Of a stretch of 64,000 nt of DNA, positions 27,333-40,484 are shown piece after piece. Location of the stretch: assembly GCF_006345805.1 (NCBI RefSeq), contig NC_043004.1:26660001-26724000 (forward strand), in the 5' to 3' direction. A model generated the notes under the pieces. The model saw only the letters and a list, made by a program, of their open reading frames with translations, had not been told where the DNA came from and made no database searches. The stretch is from Octopus sinensis (Eukaryota). Positions within the stretch are counted from its first letter, which is position 1. Every line of letters begins with the position of its first letter. The position numbers were made by a program, and so were the translations under genes.

Positions 27333-27741
27333 TTTCTCTTTTCTCTCTTTTACTTGTTTCAGTCATTTGATTGCAGCCATGCTGGAACACCGCCTTTAAT
27401 CGAGCAACTCGACCCCAGGACTTATTCTTTTTTAAGCCCAGTACTTATTCTATCGGTCTCTTTTGCCGAACTGCTAAGTAACGGGGACATAAACACACCA
27501 GCATCGGTTGTCAAGCAATGCTAGGGGGACAAACACAGACACACAAACACACACATGCATATATGTATATACATATATACGACGGGCTTCATTCAGTTTC
27601 CATCTACCAAATCCACTCACAAGGCTTTGGTCGGCCCAAGGCTATAGTAGAAACACTTGCCCAAGATGCCACGCAGTGGGACTGAACCCGGAACCATGTG
27701 GTTGGTAAACAAGTTACTTGCCACACAGCCACTCCTGGGCC
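27333..27741 (-). mobile_element. Full-length SINE family A
   Basis: Complete tRNA-like head to gtaaaagag tail. Confidence 0.92.
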
Positions 27742-27798
27742 TGAAGAAAATGTTTTTTTTTTGTTGCATGATGTAACACATCTGAAGCAGCTGTAGTG
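27741..27798 (+). ncRNA. Hammerhead paralog of 26753-26840, interrupted by a SINE
   Basis: CTGAAGA aaatg..gatgtaacacatct GAAG C agct G TA gtg; its stem I 5' strand (cac) lies at 27330-27332. Confidence 0.7.
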
Positions 27799-27812
27799 AA
27801 CCTCAACCTATC

Positions 27813-28146
27813 TTGGCATCTTGGGCAAGTGTCTTCTGCTATAACCTCGGGCCGACCAATGCCTTGTGAGTGGATTTGGTAGACGGAAACTGAAAGAAGC
27901 CCGTCGTATATATGTATATATATATATATGCGTGTGTGTGTTTGTGTGTCTGCGTTTGTCCCCATTGACAACCGATGGTGGTGTGCTTATGTCCCCATTA
28001 CTTAGCGGTTCGGCAAAAGAGACTGATAGAATAAGTACTGGGCTTACAAAAGAATAAGTCCCAGGGCCAAGTTGCTCGATTAAAGGCGGTGCTCCGGCAT
28101 GGCCGCAGTCAAATGACTGAAACAAGTAAAAGAGTAAAAGAGTAAA
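27813..28146 (+). mobile_element. 5'-truncated SINE family A
   Basis: Matches the family A body and tail. Confidence 0.9.
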
Positions 28147-28154
28147 GTGTATAT

Positions 28155-28370
28155 ATTTCTTTATTGTCCATAGGGGGACAAACAAGGACAGACAAAGGGA
28201 TTAAGTCGATTACATTGACACCAGTACGAGACTGGTACTTTATTTATCGACCCCAAAAGGATGAAAGGCAAAGTCGACCTCGGCTGAATTTGAACTCAGA
28301 ATGTAACAACAGACGAAATACCGCTAAGCATTTTGCCCGGCGTGCTAACGATTCTGCCAGCTCGCCGCCT
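28155..28370 (-). mobile_element. SINE family B
   Basis: Close reverse complement of 2639-2860. Confidence 0.9.
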
Positions 28371-28374
28371 TCTT

Positions 28375-28532
28375 TTAGTACAGCAGGGATCGCCACCACC
28401 CCCTGCCGGAGCCTCGTGGAGCTTTAGGTGTTTTTCTCAATAAACACTCACAATGCCTGGTCTGGGAATCGAAACCACGATCCTACAAACGCGAGTCCGC
28501 TGCCCTAACCACTAGGCCATTGCGCCTCCACT
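28375..28532 (-). mobile_element. SINE with a family C-like tRNA head
   Basis: Minus strand ggaggcgcaatggcctagtggttaggg..ggtttcgattccc. Confidence 0.75.
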
Positions 28533-28730
28533 TAGTAAGTACATATATGTCATTAGACATTGTTAGTGCACAGGTGCACTATCCTGCACTCTACCTTGGT
28601 GCTTTTACTATTTAATTACCTGATTCTATAGGATTGTGAAAATGTTATTAAATGTGTGTGTGTGTGAGTGTGTTTATGTGTGTGGGTGTTGTGTGAGTGT
28701 GTTTGTATGTATATGTGTGTGTATGTATAT

Positions 28731-29148
28731 ATTCTTTTATTCTTTTACTTGTTTCAGTCATTTGACTGCAGCCATGGTGGAGAACCACCTTTAGTCAAGC
28801 AAATCGACCCCAGGACTTATTCTTTGTAAGCCTAGTACTTATTCTATTGGCTTCTTTTGCTGAAGTGCTAAATCATAGGGACGTAAACACACCAACATCG
28901 GTTGTCAAGCGATGTTCGGGAATAAATACAGACACACAAATATACATACATATACATATATATATATATATATACTCATATACACGACGAGCTTCTTTCA
29001 GTTTCCGTCTACTAAATCCACTCACAAAGCTTTTGGTCAGCCTGAGGCTATAGTAATAGACACTTGTCCAAGGTGCCACACAGTGAGACTGAACTGGAAC
29101 CATGTGGCTGGTAAGCAAGCTACTTGCCACACATCCGCTCCTGTGCCT
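28731..29148 (-). mobile_element. Full-length SINE family A
   Basis: Matches the other family A copies. Confidence 0.9.
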
Positions 29149-29306
29149 ATATACAATCAAGTGACTGTCACAGAGAATCACCATATTAAAAGGTAGGCTA
29201 ATAGGTCAGTTATTCATATTTTACTAATCTGTCTATAACAGCCAGTCCCTGGAATCACTTTGAGTTGTCACAACCCACTATTTATTAACACAGAAACCTT
29301 ATACAT

Positions 29307-29595
29307 TCATCATCATCATCACCACCGTTTAACGTCTGCTTTCCATGCTAGCATGGGTTGGACGATTTTGACAGAGGGCTGGCGAACCAGATGGTTGCAC
29401 CAGGCTCCAATCTTGATTTGGCAGAGTTTCTACAATTGGATGCCCTTCCTAATGCCAACCACTCCGAGGGTGTAGTGGGTGCTTTTTACATGCCACCGGC
29501 ATTGGCGCCAGTCAGGTGGTACTGGCAACGACCTCGCTCAAATCCTTTTACACATGCCACCAGCACAGGTGCCAGTAAGGCGACTTTGATTAATT
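29307..29595 (-). mobile_element. SINE-like family D
   Basis: cgtttaacgtctgctttccatgctagcatgggttggacg...ggatgcccttcctaatgccaacc. Confidence 0.8.
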
Positions 29596-32109
29596 AGGAC
29601 TTGTCATTTAGTTGCTTCACTGGTTCAATGAATTAATGAAATCAAACTTATTGAATATCTTAGAAACTCTAAAATAGGAAAGTCGAGGTTGGGTTGGTGT
29701 TAGTGGTTATGTCTGTGTTCTAAATCTGAATGGGAGCTTGTCTACAATAAAGAAGCATTGGTCACGTTTAGGTATGCTAATTGAAGCTTGTTTGATTAGC
29801 ACTCTCCATGACATTATGTCTAATTAAGCAGAACTGACCAGTGCTATAGGAGTTTAGTAGTTATATTTGTTGTAGAAGTAGCAGGAGGAGGAGGAAGAGA
29901 AGGAGGTGGAGGATAAGAAGAGCAACAATAACAAAAACAACAGCAGCAACAACATAGATGACTAGAAAGCCCATTATGACTAGTTTTACAAAAACAAAAA
30001 CTATCTATTAATGTCACTTTGTAGACATTTTTCACAAAATAATTACTGATTTATTCCATCAACACATTGTATTTGCTGAAATGGCACAAATCTTTTTGTA
30101 ATTAATCTAGTCAAATTAATTACAAAAATTAGACACAATCTTAATTAAAACAGACCAATATGGCCAACACAACAGACATAACATATATTAGATACAACCT
30201 TAAATAGTCAACACAATAGAGGTAAAGCAGATCATTTACATACTTTATACAGTGTTAATTAGAAGAACCCATTACTTTCTGCACCTCCTCCTCACCCAGT
30301 TTACTGAGTGAGGAGAGTGGGTACTCAAGAGAAAGTCTCTATAATGCTTGTTTCACCTTAAAACATAAATGGAAGTAGAATAACTTCTTCCATATTTTCT
30401 GAGAAGAGAAACATTGAAAAAGACAGACTTCTACAAGTTACATCACTGCAATAGAAATGGCTCTTTATGGTCTCTTGTCTTGCTAGAAAGATCAGCCAAG
30501 TCACTCTCAAATTACACTATATCATTTTAGAAAATGGCTGACACCTTTGACATATTTGATAATGTAGTTTGCTGTAGACTCCATCTCAAAAATAGTCTTC
30601 TGGAAAAGGACTAATTTGAGACTAAACAACAGCAGCAAAATATATATTTTTAATCTTATTTAACCTTGTTGATATAACCCTAAAAATCTGAAGGTGTCTT
30701 TACAAAGGTGACTACAAGCCTGTAAGTCATGAACAAAAGGTAATGATAGTAAAATCACAGTTATAAACACCAACCTGGCTTTTTTGTTTGATTTTCTAAA
30801 TTTATGTTCTTCTTTGGTCATGTGTTACAAGTTTCTTCTGACTAGACACAAACCTATGCAGCTGATAACAAACTTTATTCACTGTAGACTACTCTATAAT
30901 GCAATCCCATCTACACATAACAAATGTTTCAAACCAAGCATACATAACTTTTGTGAAGTGACACTCTGTAAACAGCTGCAATAAAGATATGACAACCAGG
31001 TCTCATTCAATAATACTAAGATAGTTGTTACACTTAGCATTCTTGCAACATTACACTCTTATTTCTGGTGATCAACGAAAAATAAAAACATCTTGTAATA
31101 TTTACATATGCTAGGGGGTCAATCTATGATGATCTTTCAAGGTCACCACAGGGCACTGAAGAAGCTTAATTTGCTGGAAATAGCAGACAAGTCTACCTCA
31201 TATCAGATTCTACTATCTTAAGTAGAAAGGGCACATTAGATAAAGTAGTCCTCGATACACTAAACTTCTAGATGTATGGCTGAAGTGTCTTTGTTGTTAA
31301 GTGGGCACGGTAATATCTCAAATAGGTTAAACACTCTTAACAACACCACATTTCCAGAATAGAGAAATCTTCATCTAAAGAACAGCTTTCCTCTTCAAGA
31401 CTACAAAATACTTCAATGCTTGCTAACTTTCTACAATTATTGGTTTTCTCAAGTACAACTTTGTGGTGGTGCACAACTATAACAATTATAACAGAACACA
31501 GAAGCACCACACAACACACACTCCAGCCTCTAGTCCACATGTGTTTCATCTCCTTTCCCTTTGCTGTTTCAACCTCTACAACAACGGTCTCTATTTTTTG
31601 GAATTGGCTGGCCTTCTACCCTCGCAAGTTTAGCATTCTTGACCTAAATATCTCCCTTTTGCTTCTTACCTTTGTTGTGTCAAACATTCAAAGCACACAC
31701 AATTCATTACTTACACCCAGTCTTCCTCCTCAGAGCATCAGTCCTGTGGAATTTCATGCAGGTGTTAAATCTCCACCAGCTTAAATAGAACATTAATGGC
31801 ATCGATCTCACCAGTCTCAGTGGGATGCGGGGTGCTGTAAAGAGCATGACCACTGACCTTCTTCTAGATTCAGTAAATAGGAAAAAGAAAACAAAAATAC
31901 CAAGGAGTCACACCTATATTAAATATATTTGATTATTATTGCAGGATGGTCAAAGCTGGATTGCTTTGATGACAGACAGGATGATCGAGGCTGGATTGGC
32001 TTCATTCATTGGTGGAAGTGCTAGAACAATGCAATACCAAATGTAGAATCTATGCTGCAAAGGAAAACTCCCATGTTTTGACTATGGAAGTTTGGTCAGA
32101 AGGAAGCAA

Positions 32110-32168
<59 letters not shown>

Positions 32169-32200
32169 CACCACCACCACACCACCACCACCACCACCAA

Positions 32201-32243
<43 letters not shown>

Positions 32244-32256
32244 GCTACTGCTACTG

Positions 32257-32300
<44 letters not shown>
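32110..32300. repeat. Compound (CTA)n(CCA)n(CTA/CTG)n microsatellite
   Basis: Direct reading. Confidence 0.95.
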
Positions 32301-34427
32301 GTCAGGCCATATTGTTTGATCGAGGTAAAGTATGTACCATTGAACTGAATGTACAAGCAGGAATTATTGGACAGTGAGTAAAAGAGCAACAGCAACAGTT
32401 CTGACAAGAAATACCACCACCACCACAACAACAACAACAACGAAAATAAAAATAACAAAGACCTTGTCTCTCCAAAACAACCATATATGGTTAAAGTAAA
32501 TGACTTTAAGAAAGTGTTTGTTCAGGTTAAAGAGACAAAATAAATGTTTCCCAGGCGTCAATATAACATCAGGAACACCAAAAGGTGGCAACTGTCAACA
32601 TGATTTTTGCATTTCTTTTCAAAAATAGCATTCCTTTTCTTGTTGAATGCCTACACATACGTGTATGAGTGAGTGTATACAACCATACACATACGTGTAT
32701 GTGTCTTTATGTGTATTTATATATGTGTGTGTGTGTGTTGGTATGTATGCATATGTGCCTGTGTATGTCTATACATACGCACATACATATATGTATATAT
32801 GTGTGTGTGTGTATATATGTATGCATATATATGTCTATATGTATATATGTGCATGTGTATATATGTAATTATACCTTTTTGGTGTATACATATGTAAATG
32901 CATATTATACATATGTGCGCATGTATAAACTTTTACTCACTTTTCATGATATACACACACATACATATGAATAAACACCTACATAAATATGAGTGTGTGT
33001 ATCTGATCTCCTTCCTTTCTATCTCTACATGTGTTTCTTCTTTATTTCTTTCTCACATTTTCCATCCATCCTTTCCTTTTCCCTCTTTCAATCAATCACA
33101 CTTCCTCTTTCTTCCCTTTATCCTTCCTACTTTCTCCTTTGCATTCATTCAATACCTCGATGTTTCCTTCATTTATCGTTCAATTTTTGTATTTTCTGTT
33201 ATTTATTTTTGTATATTCTTTATTTGTCATTTTCTTTTTAGTTGCCTTTTTTTTTCATTTAATCAATTACTTCATTAATCTTTTTATTCTTATATTACAA
33301 CTTTTTATAGTATTTTTTAAAATATTTGTTTGTATTGATTTTTTCCATTCTTTGTACCCAGTCAGTAAAAAGGGTTAGAATTTTTCAGGAATCAGAATTC
33401 TGGCAGCAGAGGAAAGAAGATACAAAAACTACTGTTGAATATGGGTTTAGCATTGTTTAATGAGATTTGTGTGTATGTGAGTGTCTGTATATCTGGGTAT
33501 GGATTTCTCTCACCCTTTCTTCCTCTCTCTGTACACACACACACACACACATATATATACATGTTTATATATGTTTATATATATGTATTCACATACACTC
33601 ATTCATGCATACACATGTCCCTTTTCAATAATTGTTTCCACATCCCATTTCTATATTTATCTTCACTACATATAAACATGAATATATATACACACACATA
33701 TATGTATATGTATACATATATACTGACGCACATATACATACACAGCACCATGACAAATACCAATTAAGCACATACACACACACAACACCAAGACAATCAC
33801 ACACACACAACACCAAGATAATTACACACACACGGTTGACAAACGGACACACATATACACACACCATCCTACCAAATTTTACAAACACACACAGACACAT
33901 CTATTCACACCACATATGTATATACACACACACATAAAGACACACACACTGGCATCATTCTGACCTCTAAAGACCAATCCCCCAAATCATTAATGCTTGA
34001 AGGAGAGACAAAAAGAAATTCTTTTCAGTTCTACATTACTCTTCCTTCTCCCCACTCAAACACACCTACAGTGTCCCTTGAAATAGAAAATAGTCTTTTA
34101 CAATAACATGGTTGACCAGGTCAGTTTAAGCTACCCTACTACTATAATGTAAACTTTTTTGAACTTATAATATTCTGTGTGTGTATGTATATACAGATAT
34201 AATACCAATATTCCACTGAACTTTTTAATAATTCCTTCTGGAAACTATCTTTAGCATTTTCTTGAGAATGTATATATATATATATGTTGTAATCTTTTGT
34301 GCCCAATATTTTCATGAACTTGTTATACTTTTTTATGTTCTTAACATGTTCTTGTTACCAAAGAATGTATATATGTATTGTAGTATTTTGTGACAACCAA
34401 TAATTAACACAACCAAACTTTTACATG

Positions 34428-34472
34428 TTACTTTTGACAATCTTTTTCTAAAAAGTGAAACCGGTAAAGTAA
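34428..34472 (+). ncRNA. Decayed hammerhead motif
   Basis: ttactt TTGACAA t-ctttt..aaaag-t GAAA C cg G TA aagtaa; 6-bp stem I, two core transitions. Confidence 0.7.
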
Positions 34473-34774
34473 ATAAGCATCTTTTAAAATTGCATTTTCA
34501 AACCTTCTTTCATATATAATTCCACTCGTGCGGTATCTTACAACTCCACTTTGTTATATATATATATATACACACATATATTTATCAGTGTGTACGAATA
34601 ACCCGGAAAAAATAAATAAATAGTTGCCAGGGTAGCAAAGATTCACATAAATGCCAAGGATATTATAGCCTGCTTATAACGGTAGAAATTCCAGGGTTGA
34701 GTGAAATGTTTTTGTATACTATAGATAAATTAAGAAATGTAATCAAACGCAGTTGTTATTCAAATCCTTTATAC

Positions 34775-34858
34775 TTCCAACATGTTTTGAAAAAAGCATT
34801 GATATTATTCCGGAGGGAATAAAATGATGTAAAGCAATGCAATCATCTCGTCAAGGAA
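34775..34858 (-). ncRNA. Decayed hammerhead motif with long stem II
   Basis: ttcc TTGACGA g..(59 nt: gcattg/caatgc, tattcc/ggaata)..c AAAA C at G TT ggaa. Confidence 0.65.
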
Positions 34859-35310
34859 AAAAAAGAAACAAAACACGTCAATAAGCCATTCGGTTAAAAG
34901 CTCCCCCCATGGTTTCGAAACACCAACTCCAAAATACTATACAATTCACCTTCTCAAACACCAGCTGCTGACATCACTTCTCACTTGACCAATGAAGTTT
35001 TACCTCCGATCAGAAATAAAACAAACTGACTTCTTGAGGGAATCAACTAACCGGAACGGTTGATGACCATTAGACAAAACTAATGACCAAGTCCTTACGG
35101 GGAACTCAATCAAGCAGAACGCTAAACTTGACCAAAACAAAAACAGGCTCTTTCTAACAATTAGCAATTCCCCAAATTTAATCAATAAAAATTCTATCAT
35201 TTTGCCATCCCCACATACAACCTAATTATCATTCAATAGAACTTAGGTAACCCTAGAAAAATTTAACTTAACAGGTACTATATAAAGCTGAGATGAACTC
35301 AACTGCATCA

Positions 35311-35425
35311 TAGTCTGATGATGGCTTAGCTCGCCGATTCTTCGAAGACAGTGTTAATACTATTTTTGCTAAAGAATATTAATTTTGCAATAATAAATCT
35401 TAGAGCGAGTTATAAACAGTAGCTG
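35311..35425 (+). ncRNA. Decayed hammerhead motif with very long stem II
   Basis: tagt CTGATGA ..tagctcgc...gcgagtta tAAAC a GTA gctg. Confidence 0.5.
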
Positions 35426-35600
35426 CTACACATCGTGACGTATATTTGCCACATTAAATATGGCTAACCCCTAAGGGTGGATGCTACTGTAGTTTGTAGC
35501 CCCAGGAGGACACCTCCTCCAGCTGGCTTTAGACACACTTTCTGTGCCCTATCAGTATTTGCAAAGGGAAGCCATCCTTCCCATCTTCAACTTATGATAC

Positions 35601-35643
35601 ACACGGACTGGAGTTTCTGGGTATTGACCCGTCATCGGCGTGT
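35601..35643 (-). ncRNA. Compact hammerhead motif with CCGAUGA core
   Basis: acacg CCGATGA c-gggt caat accc-a GAAA C tcca G TC cgtgt; 5-bp stem I. Confidence 0.7.
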
Positions 35644-35777
35644 GACAATCACAGTTGTCGATGAAAAGTAAGTTCCCTTAGCAAATACTTATCCCTTTTC
35701 CAGTATCGTAAAGACACTGATATCGAAAAGGTGTAATCAAGCAATAATAAATCTTAGAGCGATTTATAATTCGCTCT

Positions 35778-35985
35778 ACGTCTATTGAGGTGAAAACATT
35801 CTGTGCCGTATGAATATGTCCCTCGTTTAAGAAACAGATTGGGTTTATTTACATTTCTAAAGAAAAAAAGATACCCTTCCCCCACTCATAACCCTAAAAC
35901 AGATTGAAATACTAGGGTCATAATTATGAGTGACAATTTCATATGACACTGCTAGAAAAAACTGCCGTTCAAACCGAAAAGATCT
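35778..35985. mobile_element. Truncated Merlin-like MITE (one TIR)
   Basis: Matches the right half of 36433-36844. Confidence 0.85.
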
Positions 35986-36432
35986 CAGATATTATTTGAT
36001 GTAGAACACAATCCTTGAGTTAGAGTGGAAAGCTATATTTAATATATACATACAAATAAATACATACATATATATGTGTGTGTGTGTATGTACATACAAA
36101 GAGAGGCATACATATATATTGTTATAAAGCGGTCTTTTGCCACTGTTGTATCTGTCTTTGTACGACGGTTATCGCTCTGACAGATATTTCGAAGTCGTCG
36201 ATAGAATGTTTCTATGTGGCACTGTACAACTCCCACCCACCAGTTGTACAGTGTTATTATCCTCAAATGGTTGAATGGTTATACGTCTTCTCAATATCAC
36301 AGTATAATTACTATATCAACACAGAAACTACTATCAATACAGTTTATACGTACTCTCTCGATACCGGCTGATGTCACCTTACTTATTACAGTGATTGTGT
36401 CACTCCACTCATCAGGTGGTAGGAGTGTACCA

Positions 36433-36844
36433 GGATCTTTTCGGTTTGAACGGCAGTTTTTAAAAATAATTTCCGCGTAACTAAACACTTTTAAACTTCG
36501 TATACTGGTAGAATGTGTTTATAAAACATCTTTTTCTCTTGGCTTTATTGAGAAAATTCTATAGTTTGTAAGATATTTGTTGTTTTTTTTCTTCAATTTC
36601 TGCAATTTCAACCAATCAATGACGTCATTGAGGTAAAAAAAACCATTCTGTGCCGTATGAATATGTCCCTCGTTTAAGAAACAGATTGGGTTTATTTACA
36701 TTTCTGAAGAAAAAAGATGCCCTTCCCCCCACCACTAACCCTAAAACAGATTGAAATGCAATAGATCGATACTAGGGTGATAATTATGGGTGACAATTTC
36801 ATATGACACTGCTAGAAAAACTGCCGTTTAAACCGAAACGATCC
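36433..36844. mobile_element. Merlin-like MITE
   Basis: TIRs of about 28 bp (GGATCTTTTCGGTTTGAACGGCAGTTTT); 8-bp TSD gtgtacca at 36425-36432 and 36845-36852. Confidence 0.9.
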
Positions 36845-37646
36845 GTGTACCATTATTACTAATTCCCTATAACATATATACATACATATATGCAAATAAA
36901 CACAGAAGGTTCTGCCATCAGGTCATGTGAACTATTAGAAATAGCAGCTTCATCTCGCTAAAATCACTCTTTACTCTCTTTACTCTCATGAATCCAGGAA
37001 TACCATATTGAATAAGTTGTCTTCAAAACAATTGTATTTGGAAACAGGATATTGATGGTTTATGATCATAAGGTCTTTGAGTTGAACAACAACAATTAAA
37101 ATCAATCCAGAAGCTAAGTTATTGTACAATCGTACAGGTGAGAAGTTCAAATCCAGAACAAGTACATTCTTGATTTTTGTGAGGTCTTTATTGTGAAATT
37201 TCTCAGTTTTTTTACTGGAAGTTAGAAAACATGTTGTAGACAGGTGCCCTTTCATGAGTAAGAGGTATGTCTCACCCACTTAAAGCTATGAAAGTGGAGC
37301 TAAACGCCAGTTAATATTTAAATCCTTTCAAGAGCTAGGAATGCAATTTTATTTATTGTCGTATCGAAATATATCAAAATGTAAATTTTTGCAGTCGAAG
37401 TTACAGGAATAAAACAATAATGGCTATAATTAGAATGATAATAAATACCAATTTTTCCACACGGTCACAAAACCTCAAATAATGAGAGGGGTACTTATTA
37501 AAATGACTCAACTTGTTGATTGCTATTTGTTTATGGAGGACAAAACGAAGAAAGGCAAAGGTAGTCATGTTAGGATTGTGACTCAGATGGTAAAGAATGT
37601 CTCCCACTAACCACTTCTTCATAAGAAACACCAAGAACATCATACG

Positions 37647-37679
<33 letters not shown>

Positions 37680-37689
37680 GCATACATCA

Positions 37690-37870
37690 TTTACTTGTTT
37701 CATTCATTTGGCTGTGGTTGTGCTAGGGCACTGCCTTGAAGGGTTTTAGTCGAACAAAATGACCCTGGGACTTATCATTTTTTGAAGCCTAGTACTTATT
37801 CTATCGGTCTGTTTTGCCTAACTGTTTAGTTATGGGACTAGTTGTTAATTGGTGTTGGGAAACACACATA
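37690..37870 (-). mobile_element. SINE family A, 3' half
   Basis: ttacttgtttca..ctagtacttattctatcggtc. Confidence 0.75.
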
Positions 37871-38479
37871 CACACACATGTTAAGGTATAATCTTATATA
37901 AGTATTGTAGTATAATCGCGAAACGCCATTTATTTGGAATTATCATTGCAGTAAAAAAGAAGCAAAACTTTTTCTAAAACGGGAAATTTCAAAGCAACAA
38001 GACAATCAGGATCTATCATTGACTACATTGCTTCATTTTCCAAAAATTTGGATTAGCTGATAATTTCGATATTATCTCCATCACCTACCTGTTTAAATTT
38101 TAAATACCATTAAAGAGAGAGAGAGTGTGTGTGCGTGAGAGAGAGAGAGAGAAAGAATTTTACTTAATATCTACAAGGATTATTTTATTAACTTGAAGGT
38201 TCGTGTGTCACATAGCTAGCTAGAGGCGATGGCCTCTTGGAGCTAATCAATGGCAGCTTTAGTCATATATTTATGGACTGCCATATTAGCTTGGCGATAA
38301 CTGTTGATATCCAGTACCGCTGCCGTAGTTTCCTTTAGAGAGATAATAATAATAATAATAATAATATATATATATATATATAACAGGAAGGTTTATGAAA
38401 ATAAACAAAAGACAAAGGCAGGTGGAGTACAAACAAACAAATGTATTAGTATGGCGCTCAGGAATAGAAATAGAACAAA

Positions 38480-38517
38480 TCTTTTACGTTTCGAGCCTAC
38501 GCTCTTCGACAGAAAGA
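38480..38517 (-). ncRNA. Minimal hammerhead-like motif with variant core in a short repeat (38380-38580)
   Basis: tctttctg TCGAAGA gc gtag gct c GAAAC GTA aaaga. Confidence 0.55.
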
Positions 38518-38591
38518 TACACAGAAAAGAAACAAGGAGAGAAAAAAATGCGTGTAGGAGCTAACGGTCTATCATGGCGTATATATATACA

Positions 38592-38624
<33 letters not shown>

Positions 38625-38625
38625 G

Positions 38626-38659
<34 letters not shown>

Positions 38660-39092
38660 TACCTTTTAGAATATTAGCTCATAAAGGACAGCTTTCGACT
38701 TTTTCTACCCAGAAGGGTTTTTAACACAGTATTTAGATGTTTCCTTTTTTTTTTATAGCTTAATGGGCTTCGAAAGCCAATGTTCCAAACAGAAAATTTT
38801 CACTTTTTCTCAAATGTTTATAAATTCTTATTACGTCAACAAAATATACATATACACATACATGCATATAGTCAAGTGCACATACAAATATTCATACATA
38901 TACATGCATGTATACAGACATGCATATGCACGAACACTCACACACACACACACACATACACACACACACATACATATATATACATATATAGATACATACA
39001 TAGAAATACATACAAATGTATGAATCTATATACGTATATATGCAGAATGAATTACAGGCATGGTAGTGGTGAATATTAGTTGTCTCTTGCAG

Positions 39093-39150
39093 ATCTGACT
39101 GAAGAACATCAGGTGCCTTTGGCGCTAACTTCGAAACCATGACATCAGAT
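39093..39150 (+). ncRNA. Hammerhead motif with mutated cleavage triplet
   Basis: atctga CTGAAGA ..gtgcc ttt ggcgc..c GAAA C catg ACA tcagat; 6-bp stem I. Confidence 0.7.
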
Positions 39151-40284
39151 TAACTGACATTACCTTTGCAAAGGTAAAACACTATTCTTATTAACTAATT
39201 TTTTTTCCTATCATGCCTGTATTAATTTAGTATATATATATAATATTTAGTGCATGTGTGTTTGTGTGTGGGGGGGGGGGACGTGTGTTTTTAGTGTGCA
39301 TAAGAGCAACACACAGCAACTCTTTCAATATAAAAAGAAGTGTTTTCTTAACCTGACCAAGATTTGAATGTACATGCAATTGCTACTTTTTGCAGTAAGA
39401 GTTACTTTTAGAATAGAATCGCTTACAGAATAATTCTTACAATTTTAATAAAATGAATTAATGGACATTTAATCAGTTTTATTTCTTAATTTATTGTTGA
39501 TTTTTTTTAGTTTATGTAATATTATAAGTTGGTAAAAACGTACATCGTAACATGAAATTATTTGGTGTGGAAGTGTTTAAATTGAAAAAGTACAAGCTTT
39601 GAATTCTTCCAAGTAAATAAGAAAATAAAAATAAAATAGAATTTACAAATGGGAATTGCTGCAAATATATTGATCAAATCAATAATAAAGATTTAATCAA
39701 TTCAATGCTCACATCACACCTATGTAGAGTGATTTGAAATAAAGCAGATTGAGAGAATAATTCCAAATGATGTAAACCGAGAAACTTTAAAAGAGAATAA
39801 ATCCATAATGTATGTATGTATGTATGTATGTAGGTAGGTAGGTAGGTAGGTAGGTATACTTACAAACACATACACAGACACATATATGTATGCATGCATA
39901 AATGTAAGTATGTCTATAAGTATGTAAGTTTGTGTGTGTATGTATGCGTGTGTGTGTGTGTGTGTGTTCATTGGGTGAACTGCGTTTTAATTTTGTCTAA
40001 GAGTGACTCTCTTATACTTGATTCTTTATCAGTTTTAGCCATTGGACTGTGCCCATGCTGGAGCAATGCCTCCTAGAGTGTACTTGATTATATTGAACCA
40101 ATAATTATTTTATTGAGTATGGAAGGGGAAAGTTAAAGTGGACTTCAGTGGGATTTGAATATAGCATATAAAACACTCTAATCAAATACCATTCGCTATT
40201 TTATTGACTTCTCGCCAATTCTCCCGCCAAACCACGATTTGTAAAACTAATTTTTTATTCAATATAACAATAACATCGGCTTCA

Positions 40285-40484
40285 AATTTTAGCACAAGGC
40301 CAGCAATTTCAGGAGAGGCGTTACGTCAATTACATCTACCCCAGCGCCCAACTGATACTTAATTTATCAACCCTAAAAGGATGAAAGGCAAAGTTGACTT
40401 CAGTGGAATTTGAACTCAGAGCGTGAAAACAAATGAAATTCGCTAAGCATTCTCCCCAGTGTGCTAACGATTCTACCAGCTCAC
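40285..40484 (-). mobile_element. SINE family B
   Basis: Reverse complement of family B; an older copy lies at 40080-40230. Confidence 0.85.
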
